NCBI RefSeq assembly: GCF_018350175.1
Contig: NC_058383.1
Span: forward strand, 2,108,001-2,172,000
DNA length: 64,000 nt
Reading direction: 5' to 3'
Source of the DNA: Felis catus
Lineage: Eukaryota
The notes under the pieces are model-generated. The model was not told the DNA's origin. It made no database searches and saw nothing but the letters and a program-made list of their open reading frames with translations. How positions within the stretch are numbered: the stretch's first letter is position 1; every line of letters starts with the position of its first letter. Made by a program: the position numbers and the translations under genes. Shown here piece by piece: positions 1 through 12,077 of the stretch.

Positions 1-304
1 TGCACGGAGACAGGAAGGAAGCAGCACCCCTGGAGTCTGGGGCCACCATTGTCTCACCTGGGGGTGGGGGGGCCGAGACGGCCCCTCAGCTCAGGACGGC
101 AGCGAGTCAGGCCGCTGGGCTGTCCCCTGTCTGGGCCCCGCCCCGCTGCCAACTTCTCCACACTAGTCTCAGTGTCCCTGTCTAGAAAACCTCAGAAGGC
201 CAGATGCACGTGGTGTCTGGAATTCTGCAGCAGGTGACAGTCTGACAAGTGCCGGCCAGCCAGCCAGTGCTTCTCCTGAAACAGCTCATCTGCGCCTCCC
301 TGAC

Positions 305-440
305 GATTCGCTATGAGCGGAGGGCTCCTGTTGTCCCCCGAAGTTCAGGAACTTGCCCAAGGTCACACATCAGGGCAGCGGGGCTGGAACTCAGATCCAA
401 GCAGCAGGTTCCGAAGTCCAGGGCCTGAACTGCTCAGCCT
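305..440 (-). mobile_element. MIR fragment
   Basis: acttgcccaaggtcacaca...gctggaactcagatcca core. Similar MIR cores at ~7255-7320, 29320-29390, 34050-34105, 40270-40320 and 46255-46335. Confidence 0.6.
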
Positions 441-542
441 TCCCGTCTGCTACCCTGACCTGCTTTTCTTTAAATAACTCGCTGGTACGGGCTAATTACT
501 TGTTAAGCCTCATCCTGGGCTGTGACATCACCTATTTAACTC

Positions 543-620
543 AGATAGATGGATAAACAGATGATAAATCGATAGATAAGGAGACGCATGTATGCGTAGA
601 TACGTAGATGGGAGATAGAT
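543..620 (+). repeat. Degenerate (GATA)n microsatellite
   Basis: agatagatggataaacagatgataaatcgatagata... Confidence 0.75.
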
Positions 621-726
621 GAGCTGGGTCTGAAGCCAGCCCTGGAGGATGGCCAGCTGCACTCAGTGTCCCCAGACGCGGCCCTCCAGGGCTCCCTCCC
701 TTCCTCTCCCCCTCTGCCCCCCCCCT

Positions 727-729
<3 letters not shown>

Positions 730-772
<43 letters not shown>
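730..772 (+). repeat. (CA)n microsatellite
   Basis: About 21 uninterrupted CA units. Confidence 0.97.
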
Positions 773-776
<4 letters not shown>

Positions 777-1173
777 CAGGGCTGGGAGCACGTCTCATTT
801 CCAGGTGGGACGAGGAGAAACAGGAAAGACTCCTTCCTTCCCCACAACAGGAAGCAGGGCGAGGAGGCTATGGATCTCCCAGCAGACTGTCCTCACTGGG
901 CAGGATGCGCCCCCAGGCTGAGCCACAGGGCTGCGTGCCCAGTGGCCTTGCAAGGGCAGCTGGCCAGGAGCCCCCTGTCCTCTGATGTCATCTGACACCA
1001 CTCCCAAGGGAAGAGGGGAAGAGGCGAGGGGTCAGACCATCCCCAGGGCGGAGGTCTCGGGGAACACCCCTGCCCCCATCTCGGGGAGGGGGGTGTCTAG
1101 GGCTGCACCCATCACCCACCTCACCCCGTCCCATCCCCCTTATAGCAGCCAAGCCCCTGCAGCCTGCTCAAAC

Positions 1174-1179
1174 TTTATT
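1174..1179 (-). terminator. GRIFIN: GRIFIN polyadenylation signal AATAAA
   Basis: tttatt on the + strand, ~130 nt past the stop codon. Confidence 0.8.
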
Positions 1180-1308
1180 GAAGGTGGAGGTGGAGTGGGG
1201 AGGGGCCCAGAAGCACAGACCACCAGCCCCCCCTCCTCCCCCAGGGTGGGCTCCAGGGACAGGAGACAGCTGATGGCTTAGGCTCCCTCCGGGGACTTCA
1301 GGCGCAGC

Positions 1309-1324
1309 TCAGTGGCCCCCATCC
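1309..1324 (-). CDS. GRIFIN: GRIFIN coding exon 5 (DGGH*)
   Basis: Acceptor atttgcag|G GAT GGG GGC CAC TGA. Resembles the recalled rodent DGGY ending and completes 144 aa. Confidence 0.85.
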
Positions 1325-1578
1325 CTGCAAATATCCAAGACACCCGCCTCAGCCCCCGCCCAGACCCCAGGGTGGCCTCGGGGGTGGGATGTGGACAGTG
1401 GGCCCTGCCCCCTCGGGCTTGCAGAGGCGAGGGGCAGCGGGGCCGGGGGACTAAGCCCACAGCCTCCCTCCCAGGCTGATGGGGCCTGATGGGTCCTGGG
1501 GACAAGGATGCCCAGCACAGTCCCTGCTGTGCTGGGCAGGGGGCGGAGCTGGGTGGCTGGGGCGTGCGGGTGCGTTAC

Positions 1579-1745
1579 CACCAACTCAGGTCCCTCCTGG
1601 CCAGCTCCACCTGGGCCAGGCGGTGGTCACTCAGCACCTGTACCCGGGTGATGCCCGCCAGCGGCCGGTGGCGGTGTGCGAACTGTAGCACCTTGTGGTC
1701 CTGGGCGTGGACGTGGAAGTGCTCCGCATCCGAGCTCACCTCCAT
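1579..1745 (-). CDS. GRIFIN: GRIFIN coding exon 4 (MEVSSDAEHFHV...QVELARRDLSW+)
   Basis: Acceptor ccccag|ATG and donor TG|gtaacg; 167 nt; in frame with exon 3. Confidence 0.95.
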
Positions 1746-2045
1746 CTGGGGACGGGAGGCCGGTGACCCACGGGTCCCCTCACCAGCCCCATCACGCAGG
1801 CCGGCCCCGGATGGGAGCTCTGGGCCCCCTCCTCTCTCTGAGAAGTGCTCCCACCCACACCCAGCAGTGAGACTTCCAGCTGGCCGTCTCCCCGTCAACA
1901 TCCATGATGAGCCGGGGGCACAGGACATCTGGCGCAAAGCAGCCAGACAGCCCAGATGCCTCCACAGGTACCCCCGAGCCCGGCCTCCCGGCCTCCCTCA
2001 GCGCTCCCTTAAACCCACGGGCCTCCCCTCCCCTGCCCCCGGCAC

Positions 2046-2205
2046 CTCAAAAGGCTCCCCCAGCACCAGCGGGAAGACGCCGGACACCTCCTCCTGGCCC
2101 CAGCGGCCACCCTGGAAGGTGTTGCCCACCATGGTGGCGCTGGAGAAGCGGGGCTTGACGTGGAAGGCAATGTCCCCCGCCTCAGACAGGAAGTTGATCT
2201 CAAAC
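2046..2205 (-). CDS. GRIFIN: GRIFIN coding exon 3 (FEINFLSEAGDIAFHVKPRFSS...RWGQEEV...GEPFE)
   Basis: Acceptor catag|G and donor GAG|gtgccg; 160 nt; galectin CRD signature in the degenerate GRIFIN form (HVKPR, WGQEEV). Confidence 0.96.
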
Positions 2206-2302
2206 CTATGGGGGTGTCATGGGGGTTGTGAGACAGCAGACGGCTGGGAGGTCACCCACCCAAGGCCAAGGGGGGGGGCCCGGGGAGGGCGGGGGACCTT
2301 AC

Positions 2303-2382
2303 TTGTCCTCTCCAGAGTCAGAGTGTCCCTGGACCAGCAGGCTCCAGCCCGGGGCCAGGCCCCCTGCACAGAAGGCTTCAAA
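2303..2382 (-). CDS. GRIFIN: GRIFIN coding exon 2 (FEAFCAGGLAPGWSLLVQGHSDSGED+)
   Basis: Acceptor gcacgcag|TTT and donor AA|gtaagg; 80 nt; N-terminal strand of the galectin fold. Confidence 0.95.
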
Positions 2383-2586
2383 CTGCGTGCAAAAGGGGGG
2401 ACAGGGTGTACCCCACTTGTCCAGGGGGCCCCAGCGTGTGCTGTTCCCCCGGACCCTGGCTCTCTGAGCAACGTTCCTTCCTGGCGGCAGGGTGGGGGCC
2501 CTCCCAGCCTGCAGGCCTGGGGAAGGACGCCGGGGACTCGGGGAGTCTCCCCCACCCCCGCCTGGGCCCGCTCCCTTCTCACCCAC

Positions 2587-2598
2587 CTGCAGTGCCAT
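2587..2598 (-). CDS. GRIFIN: GRIFIN coding exon 1 (MALQ); full CDS = complement(join(1309..1324,1579..1745,2046..2205,2303..2382,2587..2598)), 435 nt, 144 aa galectin-related lens protein
   Basis: ATG GCA CTG CAG|gtgggt donor. The five exons join in frame with GT-AG introns to give MALQFEAFCAGGLAPGWSLLVQG...SWWDGGH*, matching recalled mammalian GRIFIN in sequence and length. Confidence 0.93.
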
Positions 2599-2635
2599 CT
2601 CACCACCTTCTGCGGGTGGGGAGCATGAGCGAGGG

Positions 2636-2641
2636 CATATA
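2636..2641 (-). promoter_or_regulatory. TATA-like box (TATATG) of GRIFIN
   Basis: gccTATATGcc ~40 nt upstream of the ATG; G/C-rich gggcgggcggg motif just upstream (~2648-2660). Confidence 0.45.
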
Positions 2642-3339
2642 GGCAGGGGGGCGGGCGGGCTGGGCGAGGTGTAGGAGCCCCACCCCTGGGACGGGCGACA
2701 GGAGGCTCCGCCCCTCCCTGCCCCACCCCCTGCTTCGGTCCCCATTATCAGCAGGTCCGTCTTTCCAGTAAGTGACACAGGGTAGCTGGCCCTGGCCCCC
2801 TCCCCACCCCACTTCCCTTTTTAGGGTCCTTCGGAGGGGTCCCAGGAAAGCGGCTTCTGCCCCCACCCCCAGCCTCTTCCTCCAGGCTCCCAGGGACCCA
2901 GACTCTCATCTCTGCTCAAGTGAGGTGGGGGGAGGGGAGGCAGCCTGCCAAGCCTGCCTGGGTCTTCTGGGGGCTGAGCCTGTGCCCCCCAGCCCGGCCC
3001 AGCCTCCCCTGGCTGCCCGCTGCGGCCTCCAGCTGGCCCCATGGGGCCCTGTGCTGGGATTAGGCTGGGGCTGTGGTCAGCGCATTCCAGGGCTCTGGCC
3101 GACGGCGTGGGGAGAGGGCCTTTCCCACACCCCGGCGCCCCTCCTGGCCTGGTGCCCCAGCCCCTATCAGCCGAGCTGGGGAGGGGGCCGGACTGGGATC
3201 CCCACCGAGCATGTCGGGGAGACGGGCGGGGTCTCCCCAGGCTTTCCGGGCCGCCGTGGGGCTGCCCGGCTGGACTGTCCAGGGAGCTGGCCCAAAGAGG
3301 GAGCAGGCTGGGTCTATGGAGCACGGGGCTCTGCGTATG

Positions 3340-3560
3340 GTGCACGTGCAGGTGGGTGTGCAAGTGTGTGGTTGCGGGTGAGCGTGCGGTGAGTGTGCAA
3401 GCATGTGGCGTGGGTGAGTGTGCAGGTGAGCGTGCGAGTGTGGTGCAGGTGAGCGTGCAGGTGAGCGTGGGATCCTGTGGCTGCGCAAACAAGTGTCCGG
3501 GGACGTGTGTGCCCGTGCGTGTGCGAGGCGTTGTGTGCGAGGGCACACGTGTGTGGCTCT
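3340..3560 (+). repeat. Degenerate TG-rich repeat (GGTGAGCGTGCA-like units)
   Basis: Recurrent ggtgagcgtg/gtgtgca units. Confidence 0.7.
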
Positions 3561-6239
3561 GCCGTTTCCCTGCCCAGCGCGTCTCAGGGGGCCGGGCCCT
3601 CACCTGGACGCCCAGTCCCCCGGGGTAACCCAGCGCCTGTAACCCCCTGGTTCCCACCCTCCCCCTGACCCCTGGGGGCCCCGCCTGGCCTCCCCCGGGA
3701 GCCGGCCAGGCCTGGTGAGCGAGGCGATGCTAAGGCAGGGAAGGGACCCGTAGGCGGCTCGGGGCACGGGGCCTGCAGGGGGCAGTCCTGAGCAGGGAAG
3801 ATTCTGCCAGAGAGCTTTCCTGCCTTGGTGTCCTGGCTCTGACACCCTGCCTGCTGCCTAGAGCCTCGTCCCACCCCAGCCTGGCCGGCCGGGGGTCCGC
3901 AGGCCGCAGACCCCGCGCACCTGCCTCCACACAAGGACCACAGAGAAGGGAGACCCCTCCACAGTGGCCCAGCCGGAGGGTGAAGCCCAGTCCTGCCTCC
4001 CCCTCCATGTCCCGTCCCCTGTCCATGGGGTGCTGGGACTGGGCACTCAGGGGTCCAGGACGCTTGAGCTAGTAGCCCCTGGGCCTCAGTCTCCCCAGCT
4101 GTGCACTGGTCTCAGCAGTCCTGCTCCGCCTGCCGACCTCAGCTCCCTGCACCTGTGCCCTGGTGGGAGCAGGGGGTCCAGAGCAGCTCTGGCCGGACAC
4201 AGGAACCTGGGCCATTGTCGCCTTACTTTGGGGTCAGCAGGGGCACTGATGGCGGGACCTTGGGCGTCAGCTGCCTGGAGCCCTTGCCAGGCATCAGGGG
4301 GCCTGTGAGCAGGGCTCGTCCCCCAGAATCCCTGCACAGAGGCCTGGGGAGGGACACCCCCCCAGGGGTCCCTGCAGGCCCGTCCCTCCCTGAGTCTCAG
4401 CCTCCCCATTTGGGCAGTGGGGCTTTGCAGGTAGTGAGGGGGGGAGGAGGGCCTCGCCGGGGCAAGGGACGGAAAGAGACAGTGAGCTCCTATGTGGCTG
4501 GCCCAGCCCTGCAGGGACACCCCAATGTTGTGGAGTCCCAGTCAGACGACAGCCAGGCTTTGGGTCTCAGGGGCAGCCATGGGAAGTGCCCCCGCCCTGA
4601 CTTGCTGGCCAGTGGGCCTGGGTGCTGTAGCCTGGACCCTGGGAGCAAACAGACCTGCTACGCCAGGCGCCACCCCTCCCTTTCCCGGATGCGCGGTTTT
4701 GCCCCAGGGTGTTGTTGACTTTCCTCGGGCTGCAGGAGGCAGCAGGGTCTCCACCCAGTTAGGAATTTCACCAGGACTCAGAGCCCCTCATCCAGTGGGA
4801 TGGGGGATGTCAGGGTTGGCTTCCTGGAGGAGGAGGCACCTCGAGCTGGTCTTGAGGAATGAGTAGCACCGGGAAGGCAGGACAGGGACATCGACTCAGG
4901 AAGGATCTGACCCACCTTGGTGGTCCCAGGGCCATCGGCACAGGTTCCACGGGACAATTTGAGAGGGCAGCACACCCTCCTTGGGCCTCCTGGAGCTGGG
5001 CATCATTGCGTCCACTGGCGCAGTGGACAGACCACTGAAGGAGGCTCCCAGAGCCCATGGAGAGGGGTGGTGACGCCAGAACGTGGGTGCAGCCTCTGGA
5101 CTTACCAGTCCAGTGCTCCTTCCAGACCCCTGTCCGCTTGTGTCCCCGCCCCCACCCCAGCGCCAGCACCCGGCCGAGCCCACCGGTGGGTGATTCCAGG
5201 CATGGGGCCCTGGCTGCTGGGGGTCTCCAACTAGGCCAGGCTGCCCTCCCATGACCCCCACCCCATCCCCAGCACGCATCTGGAACCGCTCGCTGGTGGT
5301 GAGGTCAGCACGGAAATTCTCAGCCCCCGCCTGGCAAGGGCACAGGGACGGCGCTGGAACCGGGCCACAGGGCTTTGGGCTGCCCTCCCCCTGGTTGGGT
5401 GCTTGCTGGCCTTTAGCACATAGCAGCTCGCTCTTTCCCCCTGGGTCAGCACCTCTGGGTCAGCAGGGAGACCGAGCCCAGCACGGAGAGTGAGGGCAGT
5501 CAGGAGACACCGTGCCACCGTTGCACAGGTGGGGAAACCAAGGCCCAGGAACCTGCGCAGGCAGCAGCCTGGGGCACAGAGTGCCGGCCTCCACTGCCCC
5601 GTGGGGACCCCTCGTAGGCCCTGCTGGAGGCTGGGAAGGGCTGACCCGGGGCTGACAAGGACCCCAGGGCTCTGGGGAGGGGACGGCAGGGTGCCCACTC
5701 CCTGGGGCTCCCTTGCCTGGCCCTCTGGAGTCCCCTACCAGCCACGCCAACCACTACCAGCCCCGAGTTCCACACTCTCACGGCTTAGCTGCGTCCCCCC
5801 TAAACCCTCCCGGCGCTCTCCCTCCTCTGAAATCACTCTCACTCAGGACCGTGGTCATTTTCTCCCCGGGGCACTCAGGGAGGCCCCGCTGAATGCCAGG
5901 AGGGAGGAGGCAGGTCCTCCCACTGCCCCGGGCACACACGAGATTCTCCGGAAATGCAGTGACCCCGGGGACGGAGGCTCCGGGCCCAGGGAACTTAGCC
6001 CGTCATGGTCGCGGTGGCTGTCACTTCTGTGCGCTAAGTGCTGTGCTAGGCGCTGGCCGCTGTGCCTTGCTGCCTTGCCACCCCCTCGCTGCTGACGGAG
6101 GGAGGCAACTAGCTGCTCATTTACTTGCTCGCGACACATACTTGCGGCAGGTTCGCAACACAGACAGGCAGACACGGTCCGTGCCCACACAGGGCTCCTA
6201 GTGTCTGTGGGAGGTGGTCAGGCAGCAAATGACAAACCC

Positions 6240-6520
6240 CCCGTCTCTTTATCAAATTGTCTTCATACAGGATCCTAAGGGAAATTCTGAGGAGTGACAC
6301 TTGTGTACGGGGAGCAGGGGTTGGCCTGATAGGGAAGGACTGGAGAGACTTCCCGCAGGAGCTGATATCTGAGCTGAGCCCAGAAGAGGAGGGGCTCACC
6401 AGAAGAAGGGATGGGGGGTGGGGGGAGAGCGTGGCCAACAAAGGAAACAGCATGTGCAAAGGCCCTGGGGAGGCCAGAGCTGTGGGAGTGTGGAAGGGCC
6501 AGGATGGGGCTGGGGAGGCA
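6240..6520 (-). mobile_element. L2 fragment
   Basis: atctgagctgag...aggaaacagcatgtgcaaaggccctgg. Confidence 0.6.
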
Positions 6521-8533
6521 TGTCCCTCCCGGCCCCACCTTTGCTGCCTGGCTGGGGCCCAGCCCTTCCCAGCCTCCCCTGCTGGGCACCACTTTCCCTT
6601 CCCCTAATTTGGCGGGGCACTGTTTCTGGCCAAGCCGCCCACCCGGTGCCTGGCCATTGTCCCTGTCTCCTGCTTCCCGCCCTTGAGTCTCTTATCACCC
6701 AGAGAATCTGCTCGTTTGGGGGCATTTGGGGGCCGATAAGGTTTTCCTGGAGCCAGTGCCGCTCGGGCTGTCCTTTCTGACGCCACCCCTCCTGGCCGGT
6801 GATGTCTGAAGGGCGCTCAGCAAACGTGGCCTCGCTCCTGCAGGGGCCCGGGGGGCTGTCCCTCCCGTTCCACACTTTTCCCTCCACAGTCTCCAAGTCA
6901 GGGCAGACCCACCTGCTTGTGACAGACCCCTTTCTGGGCCTCAGTTCCTCCGAGGTTGCCTAGTGGGTTGTGTGCTTGGCCCGTTTGCTCGGCCAGGGGA
7001 CAGAAGCGAGGCTTCCTTTGGCCCGGTGGGGAGGGGGGAGAGGATGGTGCTGTGGGCCGGTCTGGGCCGCTGAGATACCAGCTCTGCAGGTGAGGCTGGT
7101 GTCGCCCTCTCCCCAGCGGGCCTGAGCCTCGGGCAGCGAGTGGAGGCGCCCCGCGGGGAGGGCAGGACCCCCGTCTACCGGGAACCCAGCCCCGGCCAGG
7201 CCTTAGCCCCCGCGTTCTCACCACCCCCTGCGAGGGGGAGCACCCCTTCCTCTCTCACTTCCCATTTCACAGATGTGACAGCTGAGGCTCAAAGGGGAGG
7301 TGTGACCACCCAGGTCCTCGCAGCCAGGTGCCGGTGGAGCTGCTGTTAACCACACCACTGCGGGGGGGCAGGCAGGATTTGGGGGGAGGAGAGAGCCTCC
7401 CCCTGCGCCCCCCACTCATTTTCTGGCTCCCACAGTGAGGCTCCTTGGCTCAGTACCCATTCCTCCAAGCGCGTTCACGTCTGTTCACAGCTCTGCTGGG
7501 CCAGGGTCTCCGTTTTACTGATGGGGAGACTGAGGCCACCGTGCCCGTGTCCCTGGTGGGTCACTGTTGCCAAAAACCCTCAAGGGGTCACGTGGGAGCC
7601 CCGTCAAAAGGATGTGCCGCAGGGACCGTGAAAGCCCTCGGTGGGCCGCTGGGGAGCGGGGGGCTCAGGGAGAGGCTTCCCCGTGGCCCCGGCCCGGGCG
7701 GGTGGGGGCCTCGCTGGCGCTGCGGGAGACTCTTGGGCCTCGACCAGCAGTGTGCCCGCTGGCAGCCCTCTAGAGGGAGCTCAGCTGGCCTGGACGGGCC
7801 GCCAGAAAGGCTGTCCGGGTGCCGGGGCCCTCGGCCAGGCGTAGGAGGCCCTGTGCCGGGCAGGGGGTGGGGGCCGGCCGTGCGGGGCGGCGCAGGGGGG
7901 CGGCATCTGGCCCGGAGGGGGTGCTGTGCTGATTTCTCCAGATGGGCGCTGGGCCCCGCCGCCCCGCAGCCCGGAATCGAGGGAGGGAGAGCCAGGAATC
8001 CGATTAGATGAGAAAGCGGCCACGTGGGGTGACGGGGCTGGGCCGCAGGTAGCCTCAAGGTGGGGGGTGCAGGAACCGCCAGGGCCCCGCGGCCCTCGCC
8101 CAGCAGAGTCGGGGACAACCAGGGGAGCACGGGACACCGGGTGTGGGTTCAAGCCCCCGCTTTGCACAGAGGGGGCCTCGTCATGCTGCCGTGTGGCCTG
8201 GAGTCGTGGTCCCCCGTGGGTGGGGATGATGCTGGGGGAGGGGCCCAGACCCCACAGCTTCCCTTTCCTCATCCCCAGACGTTGACAGAGCATCCGCTTC
8301 GTGGCCTCGTGGGGGGCAAGACAGTCACGTATTGCAGCGGGAGAGACGGGTAATAAATAGCTCAGCAAGTACATGGAACCTTCTAGGTGATGGTATGTGC
8401 TAGGAAGCAAGCAGAATAGGACAGTGGCACAGAGCTGGCCGGGCCTGTTTGGTAGCACTGACCACCAGCTGAAACGGGTTTGCAAGATTCAGCGCATAAA
8501 AGAAAATCTCAATAACTTTTATACCGGTCACTT

Positions 8534-8738
8534 TTTTTTTTTTTTTAATGTTTATTTATTTTTGAGAGACAGAGCGAGCGGGGGGAGGGGCAGAGAGAGA
8601 GGGAGACAGAATCCGAAGCAGCTCCAGGCCCCGAGCTGTCGGCACAGAGCCCGACGCGGGGCTCGAACTCACGGACCACGGGATCGTGACCTGAGCCGAA
8701 GTCGGACGCTCAACCGACTGAGCCCCCCCGGGTGCCCC
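8534..8738 (-). mobile_element. CAN-SINE (SINEC_Fc-like)
   Basis: tRNA-derived head, (CT)n middle, polyA tail; TSD tataccggtcactt (8520-8533) / tatactgatcactt (8739-8752). Confidence 0.93.
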
Positions 8739-8806
8739 TATACTGATCACTTGTTAAAGGAAAATATTTTTGGATACGGTGGGTTAAATAAAATATATTA
8801 AAATTA

Positions 8807-9004
8807 GAGGTTTCTGGCTGGCTCAGTCAGTTGAGCATCTGACTTCGGCTCAGGTCACCATCTCACGGTTCATGGGTTCGAGCCCCACCTTGGGCTCTGC
8901 GCTGGCAGTGTGGAGCCTGCTTGGGAGTCTCTCTCTCTCCCTCTCTCCCTGCCCCTCCCCTGCTTGTGCTGTCTCTCTCAAAATAAATAAATAAACTTAA
9001 AAAA
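8807..9004 (+). mobile_element. CAN-SINE (older SINEC subfamily)
   Basis: tggctcagtcagttgagcatctgacttcggctcaggtc...ctctctc...aaataaataaataaac. Confidence 0.9.
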
Positions 9005-12000
9005 TATTAAATTTCCACCTGTCTTAACAACTGTGTTTTCAACTGGCCACTAGAAAGCATCAAGTTACATTTGTGGCTGGCGTTCTGTTTCTACAGAACA
9101 GTAAAGAACAGAGGTGGTAGGAGTGGAGTCGTGGGGGCACTGGGGCCATGGCTGGGAGGGGGCTCTCAGGGGAGGTGACCGCTGCCCTGAGACCTCATGT
9201 TGAAAAAGACCCGGCCCAGGAGACTGAGGAGGAATGAGCCAGGCAGAAGGAAGTGTCTGTGCAAATGTCCTGAGGTAGCAAGCAGCTAGGAGGCCGGCGG
9301 GGCCAGAGCATGGGAGGGCAGGGCAGGAGCGTTGTGAGGCGAGATTGTGGAGGTGACTGAGGCCACATCTGTGGGAGGGACAGACGTGCGAAGATCCTTC
9401 AGTGTCCCCCCAGGGCAGGACCAGCTGGTAGGGAATGAGTTGCTCCAGGTCTGCCCCCACCCTGGGACCCTCTCAGGTGGGCCCCTGCCACCCTCTCCCC
9501 CAGACACCAGGCTGTGTCCCCACAACTGCTACACGCCCCCTCCCGCTCAGGCTAACCCCTGCTGGCTTCCAGCGCTCCCGCCAAGACTCGGGAAAGGCCC
9601 AGGGGAGCCGCCAGCTCCCGAAATAACCTCACACCAGTTCCAGGACATCTGCGGAGGGGCGGAGTGCTGGAACCCAGGGCTGGGAGAGCCCTCGCGGGGT
9701 GAGGGCTGGGAGTGGGGACAGGGAGAGGGGGACAGGGACTCCCAGGGACACCCCTAGGCCAGGCGGGTCTCCGGGGAGGGGGGGATGCACCCCTGAGTGG
9801 AGGTCTGGAAGGTGGGGCCCGGGTGGAGGATCGGGGCCAACACGGGCCCCACAGGGTCTCCGAGGTCTGCACAGCCTGTCTCCTCGCCCCCCACCTTCCC
9901 AGATGGGAAACGGGTGCACAGAGGCCGAGCACTTGTCTGAGGGCCCCAGCACACGAGTGGCAGGCCAGGCGCCTTTCCCTCTGTGTCCTTCGCACACTCA
10001 GTCACCTCCCTCCCAGCTGGCCAGCAGGCTGACAGAATGTTCTCCCCCTGCCCTGGGTCCCCAGAGGGCCGGGACTGTCCTCTGATCCATGTGGCTAGCG
10101 GTGGCCGAGCCTGTGGAATTTCCCCAGCCTGAGGAGCGGTGGGGGCCGGGGAGAGCCATGCGGGGGTGGGGTGGGGAGACTGAGGCAGAGAGGGGCTGCC
10201 TGGGGAGCCCGGCCCTCCCCAACCCGGGGCCCAGCCTGGGATTCTGGGAAGAGGAACTGAGGGGTGGTCCTTGGAGATTAAAGGGTCTCTCCTACAAGAC
10301 CCCACGCCCCGGGTCCACGTGATCCACCCTTCCATCCAACACACATCTGGACGCTGGCTGTGTGCTGGTGGCCAGGCGGCCACAGTGGGCAAGGGAACAA
10401 TCTAGAGGGAAGACCAAGGCCATCTGAGCAGAGGGGAGGTGGGCAGCCACGGACTGGCCAGAGCCGGCGTGGTCAGGGCCAGGACTGTCCCCGCGGGGGC
10501 TGGGGAGCCGCCAGCCCACGACCCCTTCCCAGAGAAGAGGTCTCCCCTACTGGGAACCTCGGCGGGCGTTCAGTGACCCACGGCAGCTGTCCCCCACCCC
10601 CCCCACGAGGGCTGTTTGTCTTGTGATGGTGGAAATTTTCTATCATGTTTCTCAGGATAGAAAATAAAAGTAAAGAAAAAAAGGGCCTTCCTCGAGGAAG
10701 TGAGGGTCAAGGTCAAGAAGGGGGCGGCTCAAGGTGTCCAAGGCAGCAGTGGCACATGGGAGGGCAGGCTGGGCTCACATCAGGCACCCCGCTGTACCCC
10801 GGGGGGATGGGGGAGCTGTCCCGGCAGAGGCTGGGGTGGCAGAACAGAGCCCACGGGACCTCGGGGGGCAGGAGGTGGCCCAGTGGAGCGGAAGGTGGGG
10901 GTGCCGGCAGGGAGCGGGCAGGAGCTTTCAGGGGAACTGGTCTCCCCGGTGAAAGGCTGCAGGAGACCCCCGAGAAGGCGCAGGCTCAGCTTTGGGGGGC
11001 CCCAGGGCAAGCAGGGGGCAAAGAGTGGGCGGGAGGAAGTAGAGACCCTCTTCCCACCAAGCCCTGGACCCTCCGCATCCCCGCCCCCTCCCCACCCTGG
11101 ACGGGCTAGGGCCACCTCACCAGCTCACTGCAGCCACCAGGGCCACCAGGGCCACCGTGGCCACTCTCACCCCTGAGCCCTCACTGCTGCGGCCACTTCC
11201 CCGGGGCTGGGACGGACACGAGATTCTTTCAAAAACATTTCCTTTGCAAAATAATCCTTCGAAATATGTTTTTGGAAACAGACTCCTGATCTGAACAGGA
11301 AGAAGTTAATTACAGTCCCTCCCCAGAGGGGCGCGGGGGAGGAAGCCTCGTGGTCAGAAACATGAGTGAGGGCCAGGGCGGACGCCCCCTCACACCCGGC
11401 CGCGGCTCCCCTTCCCCGCGATGACCCGATGTCCCCACCCCCCACCCCACCTCCAAAGGCCCGAGCTCCCGCAGCCCACGGGGGGGGGGGGGGGGGCAGG
11501 GACCTGGCCGAGGTCGGCAGTTCGAGGCCGGCCGAGCCGGGTGGAGCCCCTCGTCCGCGTGGTGTGGGTAAGCGCGTGCATGCAGGCGTGCGCGAGCCGT
11601 GTGCTGCGTCGAGGTGGGCGGAAGGAGGCTCGCAGGGCCTGTGGTGTTGGCTCGGCTGCCGGGGGTCTCTGACTTCTCCACCTGCCAGGACGCCTTCCCA
11701 GGTGCAGAGGCCCTGGTTGGACTAGGACCACGGGAGGCAGAAGATGGGGTTCCCTTCGCCGCACCTGCCCTGAACCCCGCCCCCGGGGCACCCTCCAAAC
11801 AAGGGTCACCTGGGTCCCCGTGGGCCTAGACTGTCTCTGGGTGTCTCTGGATGTCTCTGTCCCTCCCAGTTAGTTGTGACGCTCAGGTTCTGGGCCGTGT
11901 GTCTTACGGGTACTAAGTGGTTATCTTGGGAGCTGGGGTGTCTAAACTCCCGTCCAGCCTGGGGCGTCTGGTCTTCCCGCCCAGCCTACAGCCCCAGGGT

Positions 12001-12077
12001 TCGTCCGAGTGTAAATCTGCGGAACGCGCCCTAGGCGCCTCCTCACCGTCTGTCCGTCCCACGTCCCTCCGTCCATC

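Larger units (their letters stand above)
8420..9103 (-). mobile_element. MER33-like hAT-Charlie MITE interrupted by the two SINEs
   Basis: Flanks such as gggttaaataaaatatatt and ggccactagaaa...ttacatttgtggct...tttcta match the recalled MER33 reverse complement. Confidence 0.6.

Noticed and set aside
1451..1523. Alternative GRIFIN last exon via the AG at 1524-1525 (DCAGHP...LWA*)
   Set aside because: Would need a 55-nt intron, below the usual mammalian minimum; the 1324 acceptor gives the expected DGGH ending and length.
2743..2753. Half-MARE TGCTGA upstream of GRIFIN as a lens Maf site
   Set aside because: Plausible for a lens gene, but a 6-bp half-site alone is too weak to call.
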